Shown here: positions 44,186 to 53,734 of the stretch, piece after piece
Numbering within the stretch: position 1 is the first letter of the stretch
How the letters are laid out: each line of letters opens with the position of its first letter
Assembly: GCA_005882335.1 (NCBI GenBank)
Contig: VBAP01000060.1
Location: 850 to 64,849, forward strand
DNA length: 64,000 nucleotides
Direction of reading: 5' to 3'
DNA from: Candidatus Segetimicrobium genomatis
GTDB lineage: Bacteria > Sysuimicrobiota > Sysuimicrobiia > Sysuimicrobiales > Kaftiobacteriaceae
Notes under the pieces: model-generated
The model's input: the letters and a program-made list of their open reading frames with translations, nothing else
Told to the model about the DNA's origin: nothing
Database searches by the model: none
Translations under genes and position numbers: made by a program

Positions 44186-45672
44186 GAGAACGGCTGGCCC
44201 GCTCAGTGTTCTGGCTGGTCTGGTCCCGCGGTCTTGTGCAGGGGGTGTCCCTCCTATCTACGCTGCTGGTCGCCCGAATGCTCAGCCCCACCGACTATGG
44301 GTTGATGGCGCTGGCGACCATCTGGACCAGCACGCTGGCGCTTGTGGCCGAACTCGGGCTGGGCGCCGCGATCATTCAGTTTCCCGATCTGGAAGCGATG
44401 GAGTTGAACTTTTGTTTCTGGCTGTCCATGGCCCTGGCCGGCGCGGGTTATCTGTCCCTCGCTGCCGCCTCGCCCTCCATCGCGGCGTGGTTTGCGACTC
44501 CCCGGCTGTCCGAGGTGCTGCGGGTCGGGGGGCTCACCCTCCCCCTGGTCGCCCTACGGCTCGTGCCGGAGGGTCTCCTGCGCAAGCGGATGCAGATCGA
44601 CAAGATCTCCCAGGCCGAGGTGGTCGCCGTCCTGCTCACACTCCCCGTTGTCCTGGGCATGGCCTGGCACGGGGCAGGGGTGTGGGCGCTTGTGGTGGGA
44701 GCCCTGGTCTTGCCACTCGTGCAGTTGCTGGCCGTCTTCAGGTTCGTGCGGTGGTGGCCGGGCGTGCAGATGGGGAGCCGGCGGCTCGGCGCGCTCATCC
44801 GGTATGGGTTCGGATCCCTGGGCGCCCGGGCCTCATGGGCCGTGTATGAGCAAGTGGACAACTTTGTGCTGGGGAGGGTGGCCGGAGGCGTGGTCCTCGG
44901 TTTCTACACCATGGCGAAAACACTGGCGATTCTTCCGGTCGTCAACATCACGGTCGTCGTGAATCAGGTGGCCATGCCCGTGATGGCAGGCCTGCAGGCC
45001 GATCGCAGCGCACTGCGCGCGTCGTTCTTGCGCGGCCTCCGTCTCGTGGCGTGTTTCACGATTCCGGGATGCATCGGGGCCGCCCTCATCGCCGACGATC
45101 TGGTCCTGATCGCGCTGGGCGCCAAGTGGCAGCCTATGGTGCCGCTGCTGCGTGTGCTCGCACTCTTCGGTCTGATCCGTTCGCTCGACGCGCTGCTCCC
45201 TCCGATTCTCTTCGCGCGCTACCGCCCCGCGTTTCTTTTCTGGTGGACAGGCGCGCTGCTCCTGATCATGCCGTTCGCGTACTGGATCGGAGCGGTGCAG
45301 CGTGGGGCGCTGGGGGTCGCCCTGGCCCTGGTCGTCGTATACCCGATCATCATGGTCTGGATGGCGCACGAAGCGTTCAAGGAGTTGGCACTAGACTGGA
45401 AGACTGTCGCGCACCAGTTGTGGCCGATCATGGGCGCCACACTGGTCATGGCCGCGGTGGTCTCGGCGCTGCATGGGGCCGTACCGGCGTCGGACTCTCT
45501 GGCACGACTCGGCCGGCTTGTCCTCACGGTGGTTTCCGGCGCCCTGGTCTACGCCGTGGCCATCTTGCGGTGGAATGGATCCCCCGCCCGTGAGGTCGCA
45601 GACGTCATCGGGTGGCTGTTTCCCCGGAGGCCGTCCCTCCGGTCACTGCCGCATCGATCGGTGGAGGCCTAA
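44182..45672 (+). CDS. Polysaccharide flippase (Wzx, MOP superfamily)
   Basis: 496 aa, about 12-14 TM helices. The N-terminus WLVWSRGLVQGVSLLSTLLVARMLSPTDYGLMALA is typical of Wzx. Confidence 0.8.
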   Translation: MRERLARSVFWLVWSRGLVQGVSLLSTLLVARMLSPTDYGLMALATIWTSTLALVAELGLGAAIIQFPDLEAMELNFCFWLSMALAGAGYLSLAAASPSIAAWFATPRLSEVLRVGGLTLPLVALRLVPEGLLRKRMQIDKISQAEVVAVLLTLPVVLGMAWHGAGVWALVVGALVLPLVQLLAVFRFVRWWPGVQMGSRRLGALIRYGFGSLGARASWAVYEQVDNFVLGRVAGGVVLGFYTMAKTLAILPVVNITVVVNQVAMPVMAGLQADRSALRASFLRGLRLVACFTIPGCIGAALIADDLVLIALGAKWQPMVPLLRVLALFGLIRSLDALLPPILFARYRPAFLFWWTGALLLIMPFAYWIGAVQRGALGVALALVVVYPIIMVWMAHEAFKELALDWKTVAHQLWPIMGATLVMAAVVSALHGAVPASDSLARLGRLVLTVVSGALVYAVAILRWNGSPAREVADVIGWLFPRRPSLRSLPHRSVEA

Positions 45673-45679
45673 GCCTGGG

Positions 45680-46846
45680 ATGACTCCGCAGGGTGCGGTG
45701 CTGGTGTTCTGGTCCAGCGTGGCCTTGATCGCCTACGGGTATCTGGGCTACCCCGTGCTGGTCTACCTCCTGGGGCGGCTGCGCGGGCGCCCCCATCTCC
45801 GGGAGGAGATCACGCCGAGGATAAGCCTGCTGGTGCCCGCGTACAACGAGGGCGCGGTGGTCCGGGCGAAGATCCACAACTGCACTCAGCTCGACTATCC
45901 TCGGGAGCAGCTCGAAGTGTTCATGGCCTCGGACGGATCCACCGATGGGACCTCCGAACTGATTGCCGAGGCTGGGAACGCCGGCCTGCTTCGGGGGGTA
46001 GTGTACCAGCAACGGCGGGGCAAGGCGGCCGTCCTCAACGATCTGGTGGCGATGGCCTCCGGAGAGATTCTGGTGTTCTCGGACGCATCGACCATGCTCG
46101 ATCGCGGGAGCCTGCGGGCCCTCGCCAGCAACTTCGCCGATACCCGCGTGGGATGTGTGAGCGGGATCTATCGAGTCGTCCCAGGTGATCGACAGGGCAG
46201 CGGCGGCGCGGAGGCGGTCTACTGGCGCTATGAGACGTTCATCCGCCATGCTGAGGCGCGGCTCGGCTCAATGCTGGGGGCTCACGGAGCGCTGTATGCC
46301 ATCCGGCGGGAGTTGTTCGAGCCTCTCGAAGCGGGCACCAGGAACGAGGACTTCATCCTGCCGGTGATCATCCTGATGAAGGGCTACCGGTCGGTGTACG
46401 ACATCCGGGCGGTGGCGACCGAGGATGCGGGGGAGATGACCGGCTTTTCGCGGCGCGTCTCTCTTGCGGCAGGAAACTACCAGCAGATGGCGCTGTTGTG
46501 GAAACGGGGAGGCTGGCTGCGGAAACCCTTCCTGGTCTTTCAGTTGTGGTCCCATAAGGGGCTCCGCCTGGTGACGCCCTTGCTGCTCCTGGGCATGTAC
46601 CTGAGCAATCTGTGGCTGGTTTCCTCTGCGGGGTACAGGGCCGTCTTCGCCGCGCAGACCGTGTTCTTTACCGCGGCGCTGCTGGGGGCGCTCCCTCGCC
46701 TGCGGCGCTGGGGCCGCGCATTGGTGGCCGCGCCCTACTACTTTTGCATGGCGCACGCAGCCGGAGTCGTGGCCCTGCACCGCATGATGTGGGGAAAAAC
46801 CTTCGCGGGCCAGCGCGCTCCATCTCTGCTGTCCCACCGCAAATGA
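45680..46846 (+). CDS. Membrane-embedded family-2 glycosyltransferase
   Basis: ATG 45680. N-terminal TM, LLVPAYNEGAVV, SDGSTDGT, FSDASTMLD (DXD), then 3-4 C-terminal TM helices. Confidence 0.75.
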   Translation: MTPQGAVLVFWSSVALIAYGYLGYPVLVYLLGRLRGRPHLREEITPRISLLVPAYNEGAVVRAKIHNCTQLDYPREQLEVFMASDGSTDGTSELIAEAGNAGLLRGVVYQQRRGKAAVLNDLVAMASGEILVFSDASTMLDRGSLRALASNFADTRVGCVSGIYRVVPGDRQGSGGAEAVYWRYETFIRHAEARLGSMLGAHGALYAIRRELFEPLEAGTRNEDFILPVIILMKGYRSVYDIRAVATEDAGEMTGFSRRVSLAAGNYQQMALLWKRGGWLRKPFLVFQLWSHKGLRLVTPLLLLGMYLSNLWLVSSAGYRAVFAAQTVFFTAALLGALPRLRRWGRALVAAPYYFCMAHAAGVVALHRMMWGKTFAGQRAPSLLSHRK

Positions 46847-47946
46847 CATCCCAGAGGGGGTCGAGACCGCTGATGCCACAACCGGAGTGGGGAGCGGCGC
46901 CGCCGACCGCGCTGATCACGGGCGGGGCAGGATTCATCGGGTCTCATCTTGCCGAAGCGCTGCTCGACTCGGGAGCTGACGTCTACGCCATCGATGACCT
47001 CTCCACCGGGAGCATCGAAAACATCGAGCATTTGAAAGCCCGCGAGCGATTCCACTACATGGTCGATTCGATCATGCACGTCCCGGTGCTGGCCGAGCTC
47101 GTGGATCGATGCGACACCGTGTTCCACCTGGCCGCGGCCGTGGGGGTGCGCTTGATCGTGGAGAGCCCGGTACGCACCATCCAGACGAACATCCGAGGCA
47201 CGGAAGTGCTCTTGGAGCTGGCGGACAAAAAGAAGAAAAAGGTCGTGATCGCGTCGACCTCGGAGGTGTATGGGAAGACCGTCCGGGTGCCCTTCAAAGA
47301 GGATGACGATCTCGTCCTGGGGCCGACGGTCAAGGGGCGTTGGTCCTATGCCTGCTCCAAGGCGATCGACGAATTTCTGGCCCTCGCCTACTGGAAGGAG
47401 CGACATCTGCCGGTCGTCGTGGCCCGATTGTTCAACACGGTGGGCCCCCGCCAGACCGGCCGGTACGGGATGGTGCTGCCGACCTTCGTCACCCAGGCCC
47501 TCAACGGCCAGCCGATCACCGTGTTCGGGGACGGGAGACAGTCCCGCAGCTTCACGTACATCAGCGATGTGGTCTGGGCGCTGATGAAGCTGGCCGAGTG
47601 TGCCGGCGCGGTGGGGGAGGTGTTCAACGTGGGGCAGGACGTGGAGACCACTGTCGAGGACCTGGCCAGACAGGTGAAGGCAGCCACCGGCAGCTCCTCC
47701 GAGATCGTGCACATCCCGTATGACCAAGCCTATGAAGAGGGCTTCGAAGACATGCCCCGCCGTGTGCCCGACATTGCAAAGTTGAAGCGATACATCGGGT
47801 ATGAGCCGAAGGTGCAGCTGCCCGAAATGATCGACCGCGTGGTGGCCTACGAGAGGCGACGGCGCTCGCCGCGGCGGGATGGCGCATCGCTCCCCCAGAC
47901 CCGGAGCGATCCCTCGATGACGCTAAGTCGGATCAGCGGCAGGTAG
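46843..47946 (+). CDS. NAD-dependent nucleotide-sugar epimerase/dehydratase
   Basis: ATGA overlap. [26 protein letters not shown]. Contains an unusual KKKKK insert. Confidence 0.8.
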   Translation: MTSQRGSRPLMPQPEWGAAPPTALITGGAGFIGSHLAEALLDSGADVYAIDDLSTGSIENIEHLKARERFHYMVDSIMHVPVLAELVDRCDTVFHLAAAVGVRLIVESPVRTIQTNIRGTEVLLELADKKKKKVVIASTSEVYGKTVRVPFKEDDDLVLGPTVKGRWSYACSKAIDEFLALAYWKERHLPVVVARLFNTVGPRQTGRYGMVLPTFVTQALNGQPITVFGDGRQSRSFTYISDVVWALMKLAECAGAVGEVFNVGQDVETTVEDLARQVKAATGSSSEIVHIPYDQAYEEGFEDMPRRVPDIAKLKRYIGYEPKVQLPEMIDRVVAYERRRRSPRRDGASLPQTRSDPSMTLSRISGR

Positions 47947-47986
47947 CCTGTCCCGCAGCGGCAGGGCGTGACTGCAACCCACAACC

Positions 47987-49897
47987 ATGTGCGGAATCGC
48001 CGGTATCCTCTGCTATGATCCGAGTCGCTCGCCGGATCGCGACCTCATCGAGGCGATGAATCGGGCCATGCTCCATCGAGGCCCGGACGACGGCGGCATC
48101 TACCTGGACGGCCCTGTCGCGCTCGGCAACCGGCGGCTGAGCATCATCGATCTGGCGGCCGGGCACCAGCCGGTGGACAACGAGGATGGGACCATATGGA
48201 TCACCTACAACGGCGAGACCTATAACTACGCCGACCTGCGGGAGGAACTCCTCGCCAAGGGGCATCGCTTCAAGACCTCCGGCGACACGGAGGTCATCGT
48301 CCATCTGTACGAGGAGATGGGGGAACGGTGCGTGGAGCGTCTGCGGGGCATGTTCGCCTTCGCCCTCTGGGACAAGCGCCGGGCGCGCCTGCTCTTGGCC
48401 CGCGATCGCCTCGGCATCAAGCCTCTCTATTACTATCGCGGAGGAGAGTTTTTGGCCTTCGCCTCGGAGATCCGGGCGCTGCTGGCCCTGCCCACCATTC
48501 AGCCGCGGCTGAACCGGCGGGCCCTGCATGACTATCTCAGCTTTCAGTACACCGTGGCTCCCCAGACGATGTTTGAGGGGGTGCAGAAACTCGAACCCGG
48601 CCACCTCCTCGTGGCGAACGGCGCCGAAACGCGGCAGGAGCGATACTGGCGACTCGACTATTCCCGAAAGCTCCCGCTGTCCGAGGAGGCGTGCATCGAG
48701 GAGTTCCACGACCGGTTCGTGGCCGTCACCCGCAGCCACCTCGTCGGGGAAGTCCCCCTCGGCGTGATGCTCAGCGGAGGGCTCGATTCGACCGCGGTCG
48801 CGGCCGTCGTGTCCGAACTGGTGGGCCAGGTGAAGACCTTTTCGGTCGCGTTCGCCGACGACGGCGAGGGCTACGATGAACGCCGCTATGCCCGGCTCGC
48901 GGCGCGACACTTTGCCACCGACCATCACGAGATCGCCATGACCAGGCAGGACTTCGTTCGCGGCCTCCGCGACTACATCTGGTCAATGGAAGAACCCATG
49001 GCCGATCCATCCTCCGTGCCCCTCTACGCCGTCAGCCGGCTGGCCAGCGATCACGTTACCATCGTCCTCTCTGGGGAGGGCAGCGACGAGCTCCTGGGCG
49101 GCTACTCCTCGGCATCGGACTTCCGCGGCGTGGCCCGAGCGCGGTGGTTCCGCAAGATTCCCGCCCCGGTCCGCCGTGGACTCCTGGAGCCGCTGAACGC
49201 CGGACTCCTCCGCTCCTCGCGGATCCGCCGGCATCTCGACCTGGCCGACCGTCCGCTCTCACACTACCTCCAACTGGTGCCCACCTACATGGGAGGCAAC
49301 GTGTTCTCGGAGGAGGGGAAGCGGCAACTCTATGGACCTCGAATGCGCGAAGACGGCTGGCCGCGCTCCGAGGCGGTGGCGGTGGACGCCTATCGTCAGG
49401 CCGCGTCCTTCGAGTTCGTAGACCAGCTGCTCTCCGTGTACACCACGCAGTGGCTCCCGGACGATCTGCTGCTGAAGGCCGACAAGATGACGATGGCACA
49501 CTCGCTGGAACTGCGCGTGCCGTTTCTGGACCACACCTTTGTCGAGTTCGCGGCCAGCCTCCCCGTACGCCTCAAGATCAGGATGAACGGGCGCCGGAAC
49601 CTCATCACCAAGTACGCGCTGCGGCGGGCGTTCCAAGGCAAGATTCCGCGCGAGATCATCGAGCGGCCGAAACGCGGATTTCCCGTTCCACTGCAGCGGC
49701 TGCTTCGAGAGGATCTCAGATCCATGGCCCGGGACCTGCTCGGGTCGCGTCTGGTCCGCGAGAGCGGTCTGTTCGATCCGCAGCAGGTGCAGGCCCTCCT
49801 GCAGCTGTCCGAGGGGGCCGGCATCCGGGAGTATCTGCAGCTCTGGCGGCTGCTGGTCTTTTGCATCTGGCTCGATCTGTTCAAGGTCACCCCCTGA
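47987..49897 (+). CDS. asnB: Asparagine-synthase-family glutamine amidotransferase (AsnB-like; probable sugar-uronate amidotransferase)
   Basis: MCGIAGIL N-terminal nucleophile, SGGLDSTAV PP-loop, 636 aa. Confidence 0.85.
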   Translation: MCGIAGILCYDPSRSPDRDLIEAMNRAMLHRGPDDGGIYLDGPVALGNRRLSIIDLAAGHQPVDNEDGTIWITYNGETYNYADLREELLAKGHRFKTSGDTEVIVHLYEEMGERCVERLRGMFAFALWDKRRARLLLARDRLGIKPLYYYRGGEFLAFASEIRALLALPTIQPRLNRRALHDYLSFQYTVAPQTMFEGVQKLEPGHLLVANGAETRQERYWRLDYSRKLPLSEEACIEEFHDRFVAVTRSHLVGEVPLGVMLSGGLDSTAVAAVVSELVGQVKTFSVAFADDGEGYDERRYARLAARHFATDHHEIAMTRQDFVRGLRDYIWSMEEPMADPSSVPLYAVSRLASDHVTIVLSGEGSDELLGGYSSASDFRGVARARWFRKIPAPVRRGLLEPLNAGLLRSSRIRRHLDLADRPLSHYLQLVPTYMGGNVFSEEGKRQLYGPRMREDGWPRSEAVAVDAYRQAASFEFVDQLLSVYTTQWLPDDLLLKADKMTMAHSLELRVPFLDHTFVEFAASLPVRLKIRMNGRRNLITKYALRRAFQGKIPREIIERPKRGFPVPLQRLLREDLRSMARDLLGSRLVRESGLFDPQQVQALLQLSEGAGIREYLQLWRLLVFCIWLDLFKVTP

Positions 49898-49899
49898 CC

Positions 49900-51282
49900 G
49901 TGATAGGCCGCGTGCTGGTGATCAGTTATCTCTATCCTCCGTCTGAGGAGATGGGGGCCCAGGCGTGCGCACAGATCGCGCGTTACCTGCCAGACTACGG
50001 ATGGACGCCCATCGTCCTCACCGTGCGTCAGCCCCACCCCGACCGCGGGCGGCAGGCGGAGGGGATCCGCCGGGGGACGGAGATTCGCACCGCGGTGCTG
50101 CCGCACCCGTTCGCGATGTATCGTGCGCTCAGGTCGTGGGGGAGATCGATCCAGGTGGAGCCGGTTGATGAGGGGCTGCCGGACGAGTCCCGGCGACGCA
50201 GCCGGCTGCGCTATTGGGCGCTGTCCCTCCTGGCGGTGCCGGATGCCTTCACGGGGTGGATTCCCGCAGCAGTCCTGGCCGGGTGGCGGGCCATTCGACG
50301 TCACCGGGTCGAACACCTCATCTCCTCCGGACCACCATGGACCAGTCATCTGGTCGGCCTGATGCTGGCGCGCCTCAGCGGTCTGCCCTGGACCGCGCAC
50401 TTTCGTGATCCGTGGGTCATGTCACGCGTGGAGATGGCGAGGTTCAAACCCGTCAGCGCGCAGTCCCGGCGGCTGGAGGCAGCGCTGGAACGCATGGTCG
50501 TGACGAGGGCAGACACCGTGGTGTGCGTGACCGAAGAGCACGCCGCGCTGCTCCGCCGCGTCCATGCGCAGACCGACGCCAGCAAGTTTGTCACGATCCC
50601 AAATGGGTTCGACGGAGTAGAGTGGGAAGAACTGGCAGGCGGGGACCGCAGCGACGCCGCGGAGGGCGGCTCGTTTGTCATCACCTATGCCGGCACGCTG
50701 TATGATCGGCGGACGCCGGCGCCGCTCTTTCGGGCCCTGCGGGCGTTGATCGATGCGGGAGAGGTGGATCGCGAGCGAATCCGCATCGACTTGCTGGGAC
50801 GCTGCGACGTAGCCGACGGCCGCCGCGTGAGTGACCTCGCGGCGGAGTGTGGGCTCTCCGACTGCGTGCGGTTGACCGGACCGCTTCGCAGCAGCGACGC
50901 GTTGCGTCGCATGACACAATCCGATCTCCTGCTCCTGCTGGCCGAGGGATTGACCCTGCAGGTTCCCGGAAAGACCTATGAATATCTGCGGGCGGGCCGT
51001 CCCGTTCTGGCGCTGGCGCCGGAGGGGGCCGTGGCGCGGCTGTTGCGGAGGACGGCCGGGACATGGGTCATTGACCCTGCCGACCAGATAGGCCTTATCA
51101 CCGCGCTGCGCGAGGCCTATCGGCGGTGGGCGGATGGGACGGAGCTTCCGGCGCCGGACCCGGCTGCCGTGGCCGCCTTCGACAGACGGATCCTGGCCGG
51201 CCGGTTCGCTGAAGTGTTTGCAGGAGGAGCGACCGCCGCGCCCAGGCCCGAGAGTCGGCCGCAGGCCGGTGAGGCCAGATGA
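49900..51282 (+). CDS. Family-4 (GT-B) glycosyltransferase
   Basis: GTG start immediately after the asnB stop. VLVISYLYPP... N-terminal domain and a C-terminal Glycos_transf_1-like region. Confidence 0.65.
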   Translation: MIGRVLVISYLYPPSEEMGAQACAQIARYLPDYGWTPIVLTVRQPHPDRGRQAEGIRRGTEIRTAVLPHPFAMYRALRSWGRSIQVEPVDEGLPDESRRRSRLRYWALSLLAVPDAFTGWIPAAVLAGWRAIRRHRVEHLISSGPPWTSHLVGLMLARLSGLPWTAHFRDPWVMSRVEMARFKPVSAQSRRLEAALERMVVTRADTVVCVTEEHAALLRRVHAQTDASKFVTIPNGFDGVEWEELAGGDRSDAAEGGSFVITYAGTLYDRRTPAPLFRALRALIDAGEVDRERIRIDLLGRCDVADGRRVSDLAAECGLSDCVRLTGPLRSSDALRRMTQSDLLLLLAEGLTLQVPGKTYEYLRAGRPVLALAPEGAVARLLRRTAGTWVIDPADQIGLITALREAYRRWADGTELPAPDPAAVAAFDRRILAGRFAEVFAGGATAAPRPESRPQAGEAR

Positions 51283-52460
51283 TGTGGACGATGGACTCTG
51301 CGAAATCCGCCCACCTCATGCAGGTCGTGTACTCCCTCGTCCTGGGGGGCTCTGAGCGCCTGGCCTGTGACCTCGCCCTGCGGCTCGATCCGCGCCGCAA
51401 TCGCTCCTCGATCTGCGCGCTGGCGCACGGGGGGCCACTGGCCGGGACCCTCCACAACGCCGCGATCCCGTTCCACATCATCGGATGCGGGCCGGGGTTT
51501 CAGTGGCGTGTCGTCCCGAAGTTGTACCGCCTCTTCCGGGACAACAAGGTGGACGTGGTGCAGACGCATCACCTCAAGCAACTGGTCTACAGCGCCATCG
51601 GGGCCCGGCTGGCCGGCGCGGCGCTCGTGCACGTGGAACACGAGCACTTCTCGCTGCGGCCGCCGCGGGCCAGATGGCTGCTGCGTCTCATGGCGCCGCT
51701 CTGCCATCACATCGTGGCGATTGGAGACGATGTCAAGACGTTTCTCGTCAACGGCGTGGGACTTCCCGCCGCCAGGATCACCGTCATTCCCAACGGGGTG
51801 GACGTGGCTCGCTATCAGCCGGAGCCGCGGCGGGCCCGCGATGCCCTGGGACTCCGGCCACACCATCGGCTGATCGGCCATGTGGCGCGGCTGGAACCGG
51901 AAAAGGATCAGGTGAGTCTCTTGCAGGCATTCCGGACGGTGGCGGATGCCCATCCGGATGTTCGGCTCGTGATCGTCGGCGACGGCTCCCAGCGTCGTGA
52001 GCTGGAACGCGCGGCGACGGAGCTTGGGGTGGAAGGGCGCGTGGATTTCCTTGGCGTGCGAGAGGATGTGCCGGACCTGTTGCCGCACTTCGACGTCTTT
52101 GTGCTGTCGTCATCCAGCGAGGGGCTGCCCCTCTCGATCCTCGAGGCGATGGCGTGCGCGCGCCCGGTCGTGGCGACGGCGGTCGGGGAGATCTCCCGCG
52201 TGGTGACCAACGGAGTCACCGGCATGACGGTGCCGCCCGGTAATGCGCCTGCGCTCGCGCACGCCATGAGCATGATGCTCGACCGCCCGGCATGGGCCGC
52301 AGCCATGGGTGCCGCAGCCCGCCGGCTGGTCGAATCGGCCTATAGCCTGACACGGGTTGTCGAACAGTATCAGGCTCTCTATGCGTCGGTGTATGCGGCC
52401 CGCGGTTACGATCTGCCCACGTTGGGCGACTCAGACATCACACCCCCCCGGACCCGCTGA
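51279..52460 (+). CDS. Family-4 glycosyltransferase
   Basis: VVYSLVLGGSERLACDLA...SSSEGLPLSILEAMACARPVVATAVGE. Confidence 0.85.
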   Translation: MMWTMDSAKSAHLMQVVYSLVLGGSERLACDLALRLDPRRNRSSICALAHGGPLAGTLHNAAIPFHIIGCGPGFQWRVVPKLYRLFRDNKVDVVQTHHLKQLVYSAIGARLAGAALVHVEHEHFSLRPPRARWLLRLMAPLCHHIVAIGDDVKTFLVNGVGLPAARITVIPNGVDVARYQPEPRRARDALGLRPHHRLIGHVARLEPEKDQVSLLQAFRTVADAHPDVRLVIVGDGSQRRELERAATELGVEGRVDFLGVREDVPDLLPHFDVFVLSSSSEGLPLSILEAMACARPVVATAVGEISRVVTNGVTGMTVPPGNAPALAHAMSMMLDRPAWAAAMGAAARRLVESAYSLTRVVEQYQALYASVYAARGYDLPTLGDSDITPPRTR

Positions 52461-53734
52461 TGGCGTACGCGTTGCTATACATGCTGACCGCGTTTGCGGT
52501 CGGTCGGATCCAGGAGCTCTTCGAGTTTCTGGCGCCTCTCCGGATCGTCTTTCTGATGGGAGTGGCGTGTGTGATCTTGGCGCTCTTGACACCGCGGGGG
52601 AAACGACAACCGGTGCTGGCGCAGCGCGAGGTGCGGATCGTGCTCGGATTGGGCGGCCTCGCTCTCCTGCTGGTCCCCTTCAGCGTCTGGCCGGGTGGGA
52701 GTCTGGGCTTCCTGCTGGATAGCTACAGCAAGGTCATCGTCCTGTTTCTGCTCGTCGTGGCGCTCGCCGCGGATCCTGCGGTGGCCCGCAAGCTCGTCTG
52801 GGCTGTGCTGGTGGGTGTGGGCGTCCTGGGGATCTTCACGCTCGGCGGGGCATCCGTCAAGACGTCCCTGGAGTACACCGTCGCCAGGGCGTACGCCAGC
52901 TCCACATACGATCCCAACGATGTGGCCATGATCATGGTGGTCACATTGCCGCTGGCGGCCCTGGGCGCGGCCTCGCTCAAAGGTGGGGGCCGGCTCGGCG
53001 CGGCAGGCGTCGCGGTGATCTGTGTGCTCACCGTCATCAAAACGGTGTCGCGCGGCGGCTTCATCGGACTGGCCTGTGTCTCACTCCTGCTCATCCGCCG
53101 CTTGCGGTCGGCCGGGGCGCGCCTGCTCGTCAGCACGACTATCGTCGCAGCGCTCACCGTGGTGGCCCCCGCCGCCTACTGGGACATCATGGATTCGATC
53201 TGGAACCCGACGGGCGTGGGATATGTGGAGCGTGGGATCGGACCCCGGCTGGAGATCTGGTCCAGGGGGCTCGGGCTCCTATCCAAGCATCCCTTGACCG
53301 GTGTGGGGATCGGCATGTACGAGACGGCCGCCGGATTTCGATATGGCCGCAACGGCGGATGGGTCACAGCGCACAACTCGTTTCTCCAGCTCGCGGGCGA
53401 GCTGGGCCTGACCGGCTTCGTCCTCTTTGTCATGCTGCTCATGTTTAGCATCGGCAATGTCCGGCAGACCCTTCGGGCGGCGCAGGCCGACCCCGGACTG
53501 CGCGAGCTGGAATGGATCGCGGCGGCGGTAGAGATCTCGCTCTACGCCTACCTGGTGGTCGGGTTCACGCTGTCGCAGGCGTACGCGGCCATCCTCTACT
53601 TCCTGGTCGGTGTGGCCACCGCGTTGCGGGTGCAGGTCGAGCGTCGCCACCCGAGTGCCGTCCCGGTGGAAGAAGCCGCGGGTGGGCAGGCGCAGTGGGT
53701 CGGCCCGACCGCACAGGTGGCCCGCCATGCCTGA
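52460..53734 (+). CDS. O-antigen ligase / Wzy-type polymerase family membrane protein
   Basis: 424 aa, about 10-12 TM helices, periplasmic loop with HNSFLQLAGELGLTG, the Wzy_C motif. Confidence 0.7.
   Translation: MAYALLYMLTAFAVGRIQELFEFLAPLRIVFLMGVACVILALLTPRGKRQPVLAQREVRIVLGLGGLALLLVPFSVWPGGSLGFLLDSYSKVIVLFLLVVALAADPAVARKLVWAVLVGVGVLGIFTLGGASVKTSLEYTVARAYASSTYDPNDVAMIMVVTLPLAALGAASLKGGGRLGAAGVAVICVLTVIKTVSRGGFIGLACVSLLLIRRLRSAGARLLVSTTIVAALTVVAPAAYWDIMDSIWNPTGVGYVERGIGPRLEIWSRGLGLLSKHPLTGVGIGMYETAAGFRYGRNGGWVTAHNSFLQLAGELGLTGFVLFVMLLMFSIGNVRQTLRAAQADPGLRELEWIAAAVEISLYAYLVVGFTLSQAYAAILYFLVGVATALRVQVERRHPSAVPVEEAAGGQAQWVGPTAQVARHA

Noticed and set aside
47218-47238. A-rich tract (GACAAAAAGAAGAAAAAGGTC, encoding KKKKK) inside a 68%-GC epimerase gene, as a possible phase-variation site
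   Set aside because: The longest homopolymer is A5, too short for efficient slipped-strand switching. It is more likely a lineage-specific loop insertion.
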